Position numbers and translations under genes: made by a program. The notes under the pieces were generated by a model. That model was not told the origin of the DNA and ran no database searches. It saw only the letters and a list, made by a program, of their open reading frames with translations. Positions 25,654 to 34,664 of a stretch of 40,407 nucleotides of DNA are shown here, in pieces; the stretch's first letter is position 1, and the number at the start of each line of letters is the position of its first letter. Source of the stretch: a virus; the IMG/VR virus record IMGVR_UViG_3300045988_148893, positions 1 through 40,407 of that record; one strand, written 5' to 3'.

Positions 25654-25966
25654 CTATTCCGCCACCTTTCACGATTTCTATTGCATTCTCTAAACCTAAA
25701 TCATAAAATATTTCTTGAATTGTGCCTCCAAATCCTTTATTATTTTGTTTTTTACCTAATTGCTCTACAACCTTATCCACGTCATATGCTGTTGGCTGAT
25801 GTTCTAATAATTCTCGACATTCAATGCATAGTTCTATTTTTCTTGCCATACTATCTGCAATACTGATTAAACCATTGTTCATATAGATTTGTTGTTTTGC
25901 ATCCAACCTTGCGATTTTATCGTTTAATTCTTTAATTACTTCATCTGCGTCTATTAATCTATTCAT
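25634..25966 (-). CDS. Hypothetical protein (110 aa)
   Basis: ORF in the operon. Family not recognised. Confidence 0.55.
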   Translation of the reverse strand: MNRLIDADEVIKELNDKIARLDAKQQIYMNNGLISIADSMARKIELCIECRELLEHQPTAYDVDKVVEQLGKKQNNKGFGGTIQEIFYDLGLENAIEIVKGGGIDGNTNT

Positions 25967-25981
25967 TTTCGCTTTCTCCTT

Positions 25982-26188
25982 TTAATTCTGAAAAAATCCT
26001 GTTTCATAGTCAACTTTAATAGGCTTGTCTCCTATTATTTGTGTTTTTAATGTTCTATCTTCAAGTGAAAGAATAATCATACAATCGTTTAGCTCAAATA
26101 TTTGTACATCTCCTTCACTGAATTTTACATCTTCTCCATATTCCTTTTCATATGCATCTAGCAATATATTTATTAAATCTTTATTCAT
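25982..26188 (-). CDS. Hypothetical protein (68 aa)
   Basis: ORF in the operon. Confidence 0.5.
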   Translation of the reverse strand: MNKDLINILLDAYEKEYGEDVKFSEGDVQIFELNDCMIILSLEDRTLKTQIIGDKPIKVDYETGFFQN

Positions 26189-26652
26189 CTTCCTGCTTCC
26201 TCGCTTTCTAATAACTCTGGATTGTCAAATACATTTCCGATAACTTCGTCATCTCCGTTGATTACAGTTCCGTTCTTAAAAGGGAAAATATTTCTACCAT
26301 TATGATACCGAAATCCTAAATGCACCATTGTGTTATCCCATTTAATTACATAATTCTTTCTTTTTTCTACACGACAAAATGGCGGATAATCTGTATTTTC
26401 TTTCTGATATTTTGTATAGGCATGACACACAATATCATTCTCCCAAATCAGATTGCCGTTCTTGTCTTTTAAGCCCGTGCATTGGCAGATAGTAGATGGG
26501 TCTACTTTAAAGCTTTCAGAAACAGTATATAGTCCGCCATGTATTAACTGCCCTGTATATATAAAATCGCTTTCATTAACCCGCACATAAAATCCAATAA
26601 CCCATTCTCCGTTATCTACTCTCTTTGCTTTAAATAAATATCTATCTTCCAT
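26185..26652 (-). CDS. YopX-family protein
   Basis: YLFKAKRVDNGEWV..CQCTGLKDKNGNLIWENDIV..VIGNVFDNPELLE matches the YopX pattern. Confidence 0.8.
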   Translation of the reverse strand: MEDRYLFKAKRVDNGEWVIGFYVRVNESDFIYTGQLIHGGLYTVSESFKVDPSTICQCTGLKDKNGNLIWENDIVCHAYTKYQKENTDYPPFCRVEKRKNYVIKWDNTMVHLGFRYHNGRNIFPFKNGTVINGDDEVIGNVFDNPELLESEEAGR

Positions 26653-27099
26653 TTACTCCTCACTTTCTGCTAGTTTTGCATAGTTCCAAGGATTCAATTT
26701 ACTATCAGCCGTCCAAGATGTAGCTCCAACCTGCCAAGCATAAACTTTTCCATCTTCAAATTTAGCAAAGTATCTTCTTTCCCATTCTGCTTCTTTAGAC
26801 CTTTTTACTAATATCGGAGTATCAACCTTAACCTTGCTCCAATCAATTTCTGGTTCTTTGTATTCTGAAAGCAACCATTTTAATATGTTTTTTCTGCAGC
26901 TTTCTTTGTAATACTCTTCCTTTGAAATATTGAGTTGTGCCATAAGTATTTCTTTACAATCACTGCATTTAGCGAATCTACAATTAAGCAATTTTCCATC
27001 TTTGCTAAAGCCTATCATTATTTTTGGGTTGATTACTCCCATATTAATCAATTCATCATAAAATTTCTCAATATTTAACATTCTCTCACTCCTTAACAT
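26653..27099 (-). CDS. Hypothetical protein (148 aa)
   Basis: ORF in the operon. Confidence 0.55.
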   Translation of the reverse strand: MLRSERMLNIEKFYDELINMGVINPKIMIGFSKDGKLLNCRFAKCSDCKEILMAQLNISKEEYYKESCRKNILKWLLSEYKEPEIDWSKVKVDTPILVKRSKEAEWERRYFAKFEDGKVYAWQVGATSWTADSKLNPWNYAKLAESEE

Positions 27100-27713
27100 T
27101 TCTTAACATTTTTGTCCTTTAGTTCCTGCTTCTTTTTGTTCTTGGCTCTGTCTAATCTAGCCATTAGAATGCCTGTTTCCGTAATCTCATTTGAATTGTT
27201 CAACCCATTGCAGTTGAGATATAGTAGTTCCGACCGGGTTATGCACCTTAAATTGTCGATGTCGAAATTTCTCTTATTTCCATCAAGGAATATTATTGGA
27301 CAGCCTTCGGGGATTTTTCCCTTAGCTTCTTCATACACAACTCTCTGCTTTAATCTCCACTTGTTAGGCTCCGCAACCTTAACCTCTATGTATCCGTCTT
27401 TTGAAATTCTTTCACTTCCAACAGGTCTGTGGTTTGGTGGAACGTTGCCTTTTGCAAACATTGTGTGTTTTACTTTTTCATAGACTTCCTTTGGCATTTT
27501 CTTGCCCTTGTTGTGTGGTGTCTGCCCCTTTCTGAACTTGCCGGTTAATCCTGAATTTAATTTATTGTTTGCCTTGTATGATTTAATCGTTCTACTTGTT
27601 ATGTTGGTATTGAACTTCTGATTAAACAGGTCTGCAAGCTCCTGGTTATATCTTCCCTTGTAATTATCCAGAATGAATTGCTTCATTTCATCCGTGTATT
27701 TCATTCCATACAT
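27093..27713 (-). CDS. HNH_3-like homing endonuclease-like protein
   Basis: The C-terminal PIIFLDGNKRNFDIDNLRCITRSEL fits the xDGNxxNxxxxNL core, but the canonical first His is not evident (Phe/Leu instead). Confidence 0.6.
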   Translation of the reverse strand: MYGMKYTDEMKQFILDNYKGRYNQELADLFNQKFNTNITSRTIKSYKANNKLNSGLTGKFRKGQTPHNKGKKMPKEVYEKVKHTMFAKGNVPPNHRPVGSERISKDGYIEVKVAEPNKWRLKQRVVYEEAKGKIPEGCPIIFLDGNKRNFDIDNLRCITRSELLYLNCNGLNNSNEITETGILMARLDRAKNKKKQELKDKNVKKC

Positions 27714-27730
27714 TACTTACAGCTCTCCAT

Positions 27731-27970
27731 TCATTTGTTTGTTATTCCAAGCAATGGGATTTCAACATCCTCACCGCTTCCGTATTCATCAAAGTGCTTT
27801 TTCGCCTGCAATGCCAGGTTTCCATTATCAATGATTGTCTTGGCAATCTTGTTGACCGATTCACTTCTCTTGATTTCCTTATCAAGTTCTTCCATTGACA
27901 GCTCATCATCATTTATTCTTTCAATTGCTTCAAACAAATAGTTGTTCAAATCTGATAGTGTATTCTTCAT
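27731..27970 (-). CDS. Hypothetical protein (79 aa)
   Basis: ORF in the operon. Confidence 0.55.
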   Translation of the reverse strand: MKNTLSDLNNYLFEAIERINDDELSMEELDKEIKRSESVNKIAKTIIDNGNLALQAKKHFDEYGSGEDVEIPLLGITNK

Positions 27971-28085
27971 TGGTTATTTACTCCTTTGCCTTTAAATTAA
28001 TTTATTTAATCACTGTTCTTAAGTCTCTTCTTTCGCTGTCCATGTCTATTCCACATTCTTCTGCAATTATGCTTATCTGCTCTTC

Positions 28086-28403
28086 TCATGTGCTGTAATC
28101 CTCTGCAATGCATTCAGCCTTGTTGTCGAATCTCTCAAACATCTGCTTTATTCTTTTGTTACCAAAACCAAATTCATCATGCATTGTTACAGCCATTAGG
28201 ATTTTTACATACAGTACTGTGTTGTACTTAACATTGTCACTGAATTTGTCTAAGTCTGCCTTTGATACCCTTAAAGGTAGGTCAATGGCATTTCTCATTT
28301 TCAGGTCTGCTTCCAAGGCATCCAATCCCTTTTCTCTTGCAAGCCTCAGAGCATATGCCATACCCTCACGTCTTGCCTGTTCTTCTTTTGACATTCTTGC
28401 CAT
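28086..28403 (-). CDS. Hypothetical protein (about 105 aa)
   Basis: Start moved to MARMSKEEQ (GGAGG 8 nt upstream). The track start is 28424. Confidence 0.55.
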   Translation of the reverse strand: MARMSKEEQARREGMAYALRLAREKGLDALEADLKMRNAIDLPLRVSKADLDKFSDNVKYNTVLYVKILMAVTMHDEFGFGNKRIKQMFERFDNKAECIAEDYST

Positions 28404-28539
28404 CCTTATTTCCTCCATTGCCATAAGCCTTTGCTCTAAAAATCTTTAGTGCATTGTCTCTTGGTCTTCCGTCATTTATGAACTCTTCCTGTTCGTGTGT
28501 TAAAATGCAACCAAATTCCTTACTTGTCTTTTTTCTCAT
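28366..28539 (-). CDS. Possible 57-aa ORF filling the 28425-28519 gap
   Basis: MRKKTSKEFGCILTHEQEEFINDGRPRDNALKIFRAKAY... GGAGG lies 6 nt upstream of the ATG. It overlaps the next gene by about 38 nt. Confidence 0.4.
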   Translation of the reverse strand: MRKKTSKEFGCILTHEQEEFINDGRPRDNALKIFRAKAYGNGGNKDGKNVKRRTGKT

Positions 28540-28705
28540 TCAATTCCTCCAGCTTCGCCTTAAGCTCTGCTCTCTCTTCCTTGATTCTTGCCAATCTTAC
28601 GTGATCATCCGCTGATAAGATTGAAACTGAAAATAAAATCTGCGATTCCATTCTGTCCAATTCCTCTAAGCGAATTTCTATGTCCTTAATATCCTTAACT
28701 TTCAT
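28520..28705 (-). CDS. Hypothetical coiled-coil protein (61 aa)
   Basis: ORF in the operon. Confidence 0.5.
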   Translation of the reverse strand: MKVKDIKDIEIRLEELDRMESQILFSVSILSADDHVRLARIKEERAELKAKLEELNEKKDK

Positions 28706-28938
28706 TTTGTTGTTTCCTCCTTAAAAAATATGAAATCCAATACTGTACTGGCCATTTCATCAAATAACTTTCCGTTCTTTTCATCTGTGTATTTTTCATT
28801 CTTTTTCTGCTGTAACTCCATTACCATCATTTCACATATGGAATCTTCCGTTTCAGCAGTTATTTTCTGATTCTTGTATTTAAATATTATCTTTCCAATG
28901 TCTGTTATTGCGTTATATATGATTTTAAACTTATCCAT
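28702..28938 (-). CDS. Hypothetical protein (78 aa)
   Basis: ORF in the operon. Confidence 0.5.
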   Translation of the reverse strand: MDKFKIIYNAITDIGKIIFKYKNQKITAETEDSICEMMVMELQQKKNEKYTDEKNGKLFDEMASTVLDFIFFKEETTK

Positions 28939-28946
28939 TTTCTCAC

Positions 28947-30773
28947 CTAAAAATCAAATGGTAACTGTCCATCTTCCGGGATGTCCACAAATCCATCTGA
29001 ATCCTTGTTCCATCCATAATCAATCGAAAAATCCCTTGTGTCTGATATTCTTTTTGAAACCTCATCATAATAAAGTTCCACACCCTTATCTCTTGTAAGC
29101 TTTCCCGTAAGTCGATTCTTGGATATTGACAGGTATCTTTCATCTTCTTCCAAATCCTTGTCACCCTTGTATGTCATTACAACGTCAACTCTGTTTGTTA
29201 TGTCAGCTGATCCTGATACCTCATCATTTTCATCCAAATTACCTGCTGAGTTTTTTCTTGGATGCACAATCAGCAAAACCACAATGTTATGTCTCTTTGC
29301 CAGCTTGCATAACTTGTTAACAAACATGCTCTGCGCTCTGTATAAGTCAGAATTAACATTAATTTCAATTGAGGTCATTAGATTGTCAATAAGCACCATG
29401 TCAATGCCATACTGCATTACTGCATCCTCCAATGTCTTTAACAGATTCTCCGGCTCTTCATCTTCAAGAACATTGTTGTCGTATATGTATGCCCTGCCCT
29501 TGTACCAGTCATTTATTTTTTCAATGTTTGATTCTGTAATGAATCTTGTTTGTTCTCCAAACTTGTTTGTTGTCTCAATTATGTTGCCCGGTCCTGCAAT
29601 CTGAAAGTCTATCCAACGTTTAAAAAAGTAATCCTGCAATTCCCCTGAATAAGCAAATATTTTCTTGTTCTGGTTTAATGCTGATACACAAAATTGACTT
29701 GCAAGTGTTGATTTTCCTTTTCCACGTTTTCCTGTAAGCAAAACAACCTGCCCCTCATAAAAACCACCAATAATGTTGTCTATGGACTTTATTCCACTTT
29801 TTATCTTGTCCATTGAATAAATATCAACATTCTTAACATTAGACAAATCCTTTACTCTTCTTACAGGTAATGGCTTGGCATTTTCAACTGCTGCCTTTAC
29901 GGCTTCCTTTCCATGTTTCTGTAATATCTCATTGGCATCCTTGCATTCTCTGTAATCTGCTTCCTGAACAGCATACACACTTCCGGGAAATCTTGTTTCC
30001 AGTTCATTTAGCAATGTCATTGAGCCTTTTTCGAAATCTCCAAAAACAATTAATTTTTCAAATTTTGAAAACCAGTTCCAACAATACGGCACCCAGGTAA
30101 AACCTCTTGCTCCGTTTGGAACTGACACCGCATTTTCAATGCCTGCCTCTGCCACTGATAAACTGTCAATCTGTCCTTCAGTAATTACCAGTGTTTTATT
30201 TTCCATATTGCACTGTTCCATTCCAAAAAGAATGGGTTTACAATTTGCTTCAAACCACTCCTTGTTTTTGTCCCTTGACTTGTCAAAGTTTGTTTTTCTG
30301 TACTTTGTTGTTACCAGCATTCCATTTTCATCAAAAAAAGGAAATACCAGAATGTTGTCCTTTTCAGGAATGGTTGTCAGTTTATATTTTCTTGTTGTCT
30401 CTTCACTAATGCCTCTGCTTTGCATGTAAGCTACTGCCGGCTCTCTTGTCTTAATTTCCTTTTTTCTTGGCTTTACAAATCTTGAATAATCCCTGTTATA
30501 ATATCTGTCATATTCTGTACCCAATGAAAAATCAAAATCCTTTGCAAGAGTAATCATGTTGCCGTGTGCTCCACAGCTTGAACGTTTACACTCAAACTGA
30601 CCTGTTCTTGTGTTGATTGAAAATGTTTCCCTGTCCCTGTGTCTGCCACCCTTGCAGTACGGACAGTAGGCAAATATCATTTCTTCACCAAAGTTTCTTG
30701 CCATTGCCCCGACATGAGTTTTAAAGTTTTCTGCATCTTCTCTCTTAAATTCATAATACCTACTCATATCCAA
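28947..30773 (-). CDS. Bifunctional primase-helicase (Zn finger + TOPRIM + DnaB/RecA-like P-loop)
   Basis: CPYCKGG..FECKRSSCGAHG, the TOPRIM-like LVITEGQIDSLSVAEAG, and Walker A LLTGKRGKGKST. The C-terminal tail is EDGQLPFDF. Confidence 0.85.
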   Translation of the reverse strand: MDMSRYYEFKREDAENFKTHVGAMARNFGEEMIFAYCPYCKGGRHRDRETFSINTRTGQFECKRSSCGAHGNMITLAKDFDFSLGTEYDRYYNRDYSRFVKPRKKEIKTREPAVAYMQSRGISEETTRKYKLTTIPEKDNILVFPFFDENGMLVTTKYRKTNFDKSRDKNKEWFEANCKPILFGMEQCNMENKTLVITEGQIDSLSVAEAGIENAVSVPNGARGFTWVPYCWNWFSKFEKLIVFGDFEKGSMTLLNELETRFPGSVYAVQEADYRECKDANEILQKHGKEAVKAAVENAKPLPVRRVKDLSNVKNVDIYSMDKIKSGIKSIDNIIGGFYEGQVVLLTGKRGKGKSTLASQFCVSALNQNKKIFAYSGELQDYFFKRWIDFQIAGPGNIIETTNKFGEQTRFITESNIEKINDWYKGRAYIYDNNVLEDEEPENLLKTLEDAVMQYGIDMVLIDNLMTSIEINVNSDLYRAQSMFVNKLCKLAKRHNIVVLLIVHPRKNSAGNLDENDEVSGSADITNRVDVVMTYKGDKDLEEDERYLSISKNRLTGKLTRDKGVELYYDEVSKRISDTRDFSIDYGWNKDSDGFVDIPEDGQLPFDF

Positions 30774-31302
30774 GCTCCCTTAATTCCTGGTCGGTCAGCT
30801 CCCTCACCGGAGCTGTGCCGACGCCTTCTTTTTCATTCTTTTTTAATTCTTTATCATTCTTATCATTCTTGTTTGTGTTTTTTTGATGTTTTTTTGATGT
30901 CTTTCTGATGTTTTTTTGATGTTCATATTGCGGTTCTTTTACATTGCCTGTACCTTCCACAATTCCTTGATATTTCTCATAATTTATTAATTTTATGACG
31001 GTCTTTTTCGTGTCACTTTTTTGGCTTATCATCTCTACCATTTCTAATTCATTAAGAAATTTTGTGACTTTTGTTCTTGACCATCCCCATCGTTCTCCTA
31101 ACATCCTTTTGCTGGTCACTACTGTGCCCGGTGTCACATTCAAAAATGTTGAATTAAACAAAAATTCATGGTCCTTGTGATTTGCCAGCATTATCATATC
31201 AACCCAAGCCTGTCCTCTTGCAAAGGGCTTGTCTTCCCAAAGATCATTTTCCATTATTTCTCTGTATACCTTAACCCAACCCTTGCTTTTCTTTTTCTCC
31301 AT
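30760..31302 (-). CDS. Putative replication initiator / winged-helix DNA-binding protein
   Basis: WVKVYREIMENDLWEDKPFARGQAWVDMIMLANHKD..WGWSRTKVTKFLNELE. Directly precedes the primase-helicase and contains phased repeats. Confidence 0.55.
   Translation of the reverse strand: MEKKKSKGWVKVYREIMENDLWEDKPFARGQAWVDMIMLANHKDHEFLFNSTFLNVTPGTVVTSKRMLGERWGWSRTKVTKFLNELEMVEMISQKSDTKKTVIKLINYEKYQGIVEGTGNVKEPQYEHQKNIRKTSKKHQKNTNKNDKNDKELKKNEKEGVGTAPVRELTDQELRELGYE
30880..30923. repeat. Four tandem 11-bp repeats (TTTTTGATGTY on plus); candidate origin iterons
   Basis: TGATGT occurs at 30884, 30895, 30906 and 30917, an exact 11-bp phase, inside the 3' part of the initiator gene. Adjacent 2x TTATCATTC. 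Confidence 0.45.
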
Positions 31303-31810
31303 ATGCTGCCAAATGCTCCTTTAATTCTCTAAATAAAATTTCCTTTATGATTTTTCCTGAATTTTGTGGTGTGCAGAAAATAGGAATCATGTTGTAGCGT
31401 GGCATCCACGCACACAATGATGCGATTAAAGCCTTTGAGTTCATTCTGCTTGAATAATCATGGCGCAAAATCTTGTCCATACTGCCATTTTCTATTAACA
31501 AATATACTTTTGCCCCATCCTTTACTGAACGTTCAAATTCTGCCTCAAATCTTTTTCTTTCCTTTCCCATACACATTGCCAATTCATCAATATCCATCTT
31601 TCGCTCAATTACAACTTTGTTTTCTAATGAATACTCTTTATTATTGGGCAGAGCACACTTGATTGAATAATCTCCATAATTTAGTTTTTGTCTTATTGCA
31701 GGACAGCCAAATTGGCTTATCCTGCGTTCTAATTTACTTGTTGGTTGCTCTCTTGTGTCATAAAGAATTGCTATGTTTTTGAGCGACTTTTCAATGTCAA
31801 AAATGTCCAT
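31271..31810 (-). CDS. ERCC4/XPF-type nuclease
   Basis: The YGDYSI .. VVIERKMDIDELAMCM (ERK..DL) motif is present. 179 aa. Confidence 0.7.
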   Translation of the reverse strand: MDIFDIEKSLKNIAILYDTREQPTSKLERRISQFGCPAIRQKLNYGDYSIKCALPNNKEYSLENKVVIERKMDIDELAMCMGKERKRFEAEFERSVKDGAKVYLLIENGSMDKILRHDYSSRMNSKALIASLCAWMPRYNMIPIFCTPQNSGKIIKEILFRELKEHLAAYGEKEKQGLG

Positions 31811-31812
31811 GA

Positions 31813-32409
31813 TTAAAAGTTAAACGGAATCTGTTCTCCGTCCACATTGTCAGGAATGTCAACAAAGTTGTTATCATTAGATGGTTTTGCATTTGGATTC
31901 TGATCTAAATACTTAACTGCTGGCATTTCAAAATCTCCATCTTTTATTGTTTCCACAGTTTCCAATCTAACAGGTTTTGTAGAAAATCTATTGGATCCGT
32001 CGCTTGCAATATACTCTTCTTCTCCAAATACCATGCCAACCAATAATCCTAATAATTTTTCAGGATGTTCCCAGTCGAAATGATACCCATTGTTACTGTC
32101 CTCAAACTTTCCAATATTTGTTTTAAATCTTCTAAGCTTCCAGTCGTTTGCTTCTGCCTCTTCTCCAGGAACCATCATATAAAAGTTTCCTCTCCACTTT
32201 TTATCTTCTGATGTATTTTTTTCATAACCTTCCTTGTAAAAGTCTTTAAACTCGCCCTCACAAATGTCAAAGGCTAATACAAGCATGTCATTTCCACTTT
32301 TGCTCGTTTCTTCCTTTACGTTAATGATCTTACAGATGTAACCTCCTGCTGGTAACTTCTTTCCACCTGTGTATGTTTCTGCGCTGTCATAATTTCTTGG
32401 TTTTCTCAT
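31813..32409 (-). CDS. DUF669-like ssDNA-binding-type protein
   Basis: N-terminal YDSAETYTGGKKLPAGGYICKIINV. SSB-like acidic tail DGEQIPFNF. Synteny with Gp157 and the ATPase. Confidence 0.65.
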   Translation of the reverse strand: MRKPRNYDSAETYTGGKKLPAGGYICKIINVKEETSKSGNDMLVLAFDICEGEFKDFYKEGYEKNTSEDKKWRGNFYMMVPGEEAEANDWKLRRFKTNIGKFEDSNNGYHFDWEHPEKLLGLLVGMVFGEEEYIASDGSNRFSTKPVRLETVETIKDGDFEMPAVKYLDQNPNAKPSNDNNFVDIPDNVDGEQIPFNF

Positions 32410-32412
32410 TGA

Positions 32413-33051
32413 TTAATTCTCCTTCTCTGTGTTTTTATTGTTGTTATTAAGTTCCCAATAATCTCTTATTGTTTCATCTACCAATTTCAAATCGTTATCT
32501 ATTTTCATATCAAACATTTCCATTGGACTTTTGCATGTATTAGATCCATCTGACTGCGTCACAAAGTAATGTTCAGAGCCTTCAACTGTTGTCATTAAAA
32601 CAATTGAAAATAGTCCTTCAACTGTCAGTTGATTATCCAACATTTTCCCCAGTGTTTTTGCCTTAATTTGTCCACTGTCTGTTAGCTCTGTGTGATGCAG
32701 AAAATAAACAATACAATCATCTGGTGTTTGAGTAATTATAAAGCTGATTAAGTTTTTAAAATTAAGTGCCATATTGGTAAATTTGGTGTAGCCCGTCTCT
32801 TTAGCATGATCAAATGATTCAAAAGCCATAAGATACTGACTGTCGTCTATTACATATGTTTTCTTTTTAGGATTCTGTAACACCTTGTAAATAATGTTGT
32901 ATGTAGCATTATTCACTATTGGAAGTTTTTTTCTAAATGGTAAGGGCTTTCCTGCTACATTGAAAATACTTACTTCTTTCTCATCAAAATTTCTCATCGA
33001 TGTTGATTTTCCAGAACCACTTGCTCCTAAAACTAGTACTGGTATTCCCAT
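32413..33051 (-). CDS. P-loop NTPase (AAA_24/Sak4-like recombination ATPase)
   Basis: Walker A VLGASGSGKST and Walker B-like TYVIDDSQ. Lies between Gp157-like and DUF669-like genes. Confidence 0.6.
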   Translation of the reverse strand: MGIPVLVLGASGSGKSTSMRNFDEKEVSIFNVAGKPLPFRKKLPIVNNATYNIIYKVLQNPKKKTYVIDDSQYLMAFESFDHAKETGYTKFTNMALNFKNLISFIITQTPDDCIVYFLHHTELTDSGQIKAKTLGKMLDNQLTVEGLFSIVLMTTVEGSEHYFVTQSDGSNTCKSPMEMFDMKIDNDLKLVDETIRDYWELNNNNKNTEKEN

Positions 33052-33062
33052 AAATATTCCTC

Positions 33063-33539
33063 CTATTTAATCTGAATGTTTGAATTGTTGCTTAACAGAA
33101 CTCCCTTAAATGTTTCTCCCTGCTTTAATGCTTTCTTAAGCTCTGCCTTGTTGATTGTAGGTTCAGAATATTTCAGGTAGTTTTCTGCCTTGTCATCAGA
33201 CATGAATGCTTCTGGATCTAATATCTCAACTGATTCTGATTTTCTAAAGGATAATGCACATTTGTCTGTTGTAAACTTTTCTCCATTTAGAGCTGATGAT
33301 AAATATCTTTTAATTGATTCTGCCTTATTCTTGGCTGCCTTTTCTCTTTCAGCAAAAGCATTTTTTTCTGCCTTTAATGCTTCCACATCAGCCATAAGAT
33401 TCTTGTACCAACAAGCAAGATTTTCTATTTTTGTGTCTTTTTCCAATGTAAGATTATTAAGTGCCTCAATGTCCAGAATTTCTCCTGTTTCTGTATCTAT
33501 GCAATTTTCAATTTCTGCATTAATCTGATATAGGTTCAT
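33063..33539 (-). CDS. Siphovirus Gp157-like protein
   Basis: MNLYQINAEIENCID..ALNNLTLEKDTKIENLACWYKNLMADVEALKAEKNAFAEREKAAKNK matches the Gp157 pattern. Confidence 0.7.
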   Translation of the reverse strand: MNLYQINAEIENCIDTETGEILDIEALNNLTLEKDTKIENLACWYKNLMADVEALKAEKNAFAEREKAAKNKAESIKRYLSSALNGEKFTTDKCALSFRKSESVEILDPEAFMSDDKAENYLKYSEPTINKAELKKALKQGETFKGVLLSNNSNIQIK

Positions 33540-33732
33540 TTGTTTCTTCCTCCTGCTCCTCTAATTCTTTTGGTTCTTCAATTTTTAATACTACTTCTAT
33601 TTCATCGTCTTTATCCTTTTTTCTGTAATGTTCAACAACCTCTGCCATAAATTTTGTTGCTTCATCAGCAATTGAAAAAGCAAATTCTGTTTCACTCCAG
33701 TTCTTTTTGATTATTACCTTGTATTTATTCAT
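33520..33732 (-). CDS. Hypothetical acidic protein (70 aa)
   Basis: Start moved to MNKYKVIIKK (GGAGG upstream). Confidence 0.5.
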   Translation of the reverse strand: MNKYKVIIKKNWSETEFAFSIADEATKFMAEVVEHYRKKDKDDEIEVVLKIEEPKELEEQEEETNEPISD

Positions 33733-34033
33733 CCTTATTTTCCTCCAACATTTCATCCGTACAGTGCATCAATAATGTAACCAGTATCACCATTCCCAGA
33801 GCCACAAGTAACTGCCCTGCCTTGCTGGCTACCTCAATCCAGCCATTGACTAACATCACTGCTCCTGTTATTACTCCTATTACCACGTTCTTGAATCCGT
33901 TAAGTACTCTGTACTTTTCAGCGATAATGTGGTAATCTTTAAGTGTATTGTTTTTGTAAGAGCTTGAACGTATTGCAGTACATTCAGGCTCTTTTCTTTT
34001 AACTTCTTTCACTTCAAGTCTGTTTGCTTCCAT
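33725..34033 (-). CDS. Hypothetical membrane protein (2 TM)
   Basis: Hydrophobic segments VVIGVITGAVMLVNGW and LLVALGMVILVTLLM. Confidence 0.55.
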   Translation of the reverse strand: MEANRLEVKEVKRKEPECTAIRSSSYKNNTLKDYHIIAEKYRVLNGFKNVVIGVITGAVMLVNGWIEVASKAGQLLVALGMVILVTLLMHCTDEMLEENKDE

Positions 34034-34036
34034 CTT

Positions 34037-34231
34037 TTATCCTCCAATCTTTCTTACCATTTCGGTAGTCTTTTCATCCGTCCAACTATTTGGCTTAGTC
34101 AGATGCGGACACATAGTGTTATTAATGTTCATCTGTCTGCCCAAGGGACAGCTCTTACAACTTCCTGAATACTTAATGCAGGTCTGCCTTAAGTTTCTTA
34201 AGCTGTTAATTGCTCCCACCAATTCAATCAC
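34037..34231 (-). CDS. Small Cys-rich protein (64 aa, GTG start)
   Basis: C18, C25-x2-C28, C41. Its GTG overlaps the stop of the upstream 49-aa ORF (GTGATTGA). Confidence 0.5.
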   Translation of the reverse strand: MIELVGAINSLRNLRQTCIKYSGSCKSCPLGRQMNINNTMCPHLTKPNSWTDEKTTEMVRKIGG

Positions 34232-34373
34232 CCCTTTCTCTTTTGCGTAGATTATAATTATGGAAAGTATTCCCTAATCTCTTTAAAATTTCTTCTGCTT
34301 TTTCATTAGACACTATGCAATCATCATGAATGATTATTTGTGTTCTTCCGATATTAAATTCCTCTACTACCAT
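34224..34373 (-). CDS. Small ORF (49 aa)
   Basis: MVVEEFNIGRTQIIIHDDCIVSNEKAEEILKRLGNTFHNYNLRKRERGD. Strong RBS AGAAGGAGGTTAGGGG. Below the track cutoff. Confidence 0.55.
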   Translation of the reverse strand: MVVEEFNIGRTQIIIHDDCIVSNEKAEEILKRLGNTFHNYNLRKRERGD

Positions 34374-34479
34374 CCCCTAACCTCCTTCTGTTCTTTTTAA
34401 TAAGATATGTTTATTTGAATTTGTCCTATTGCTCTTTTGTAAATTGCTTTTCTCTAGATTTCCTCTTTTCTGTTATGAT

Positions 34480-34495
34480 ATTAATATGGGCTGTG
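34480..34495. repeat. Inverted repeat, left arm (ATTAATATGGGCTGTG)
   Basis: 15/16 match to the reverse complement of 34670-34685. The 12-bp core ATATGGGCTGTG is perfect. Confidence 0.85.
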
Positions 34496-34521
34496 ACTAA
34501 ACCTCGAGAGGAGGTGATATC

Positions 34522-34644
34522 ATGGATAGAAAATATGTTAATTCTTTGAAAGAAGTGCAAGTTCTTAAAAAGAAAGGATATAAGATTGTTTCCATATCGT
34601 ATTTTGTAAGCAATCCGATTCCCACATATATTTTAAATAAATAA
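34522..34644 (+). CDS. Small ORF (40 aa) on the opposite strand, inside the IR-flanked segment
   Basis: MDRKYVNSLKEVQVLKKKGYKIVSISYFVSNPIPTYILNK. Strong RBS GAGGAGGTGATATC. It is the only plus-strand ORF inside the minus-strand early block. Confidence 0.45.
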   Translation: MDRKYVNSLKEVQVLKKKGYKIVSISYFVSNPIPTYILNK

Positions 34645-34664
34645 TTAATATGAAAATTTTTTTA

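Noticed and set aside
28006-28089. 27-aa highly basic ORF (MRRADKHNCRRMWNRHGQRKKRLKNSD) coupled by ATGA to the upstream gene
   Set aside because: It is very short and low in complexity, with no RBS beyond the overlap. The evidence is insufficient to call it a gene.
28943-29164. Minus-strand ORFs nested out of frame within larger genes (28943-29164, and also 6952-7221, 7610-7813, 8133-8366, 12231-12416, 20395-20670)
   Set aside because: Each is entirely contained in a longer ORF with a recognisable product. None has independent translation signals.
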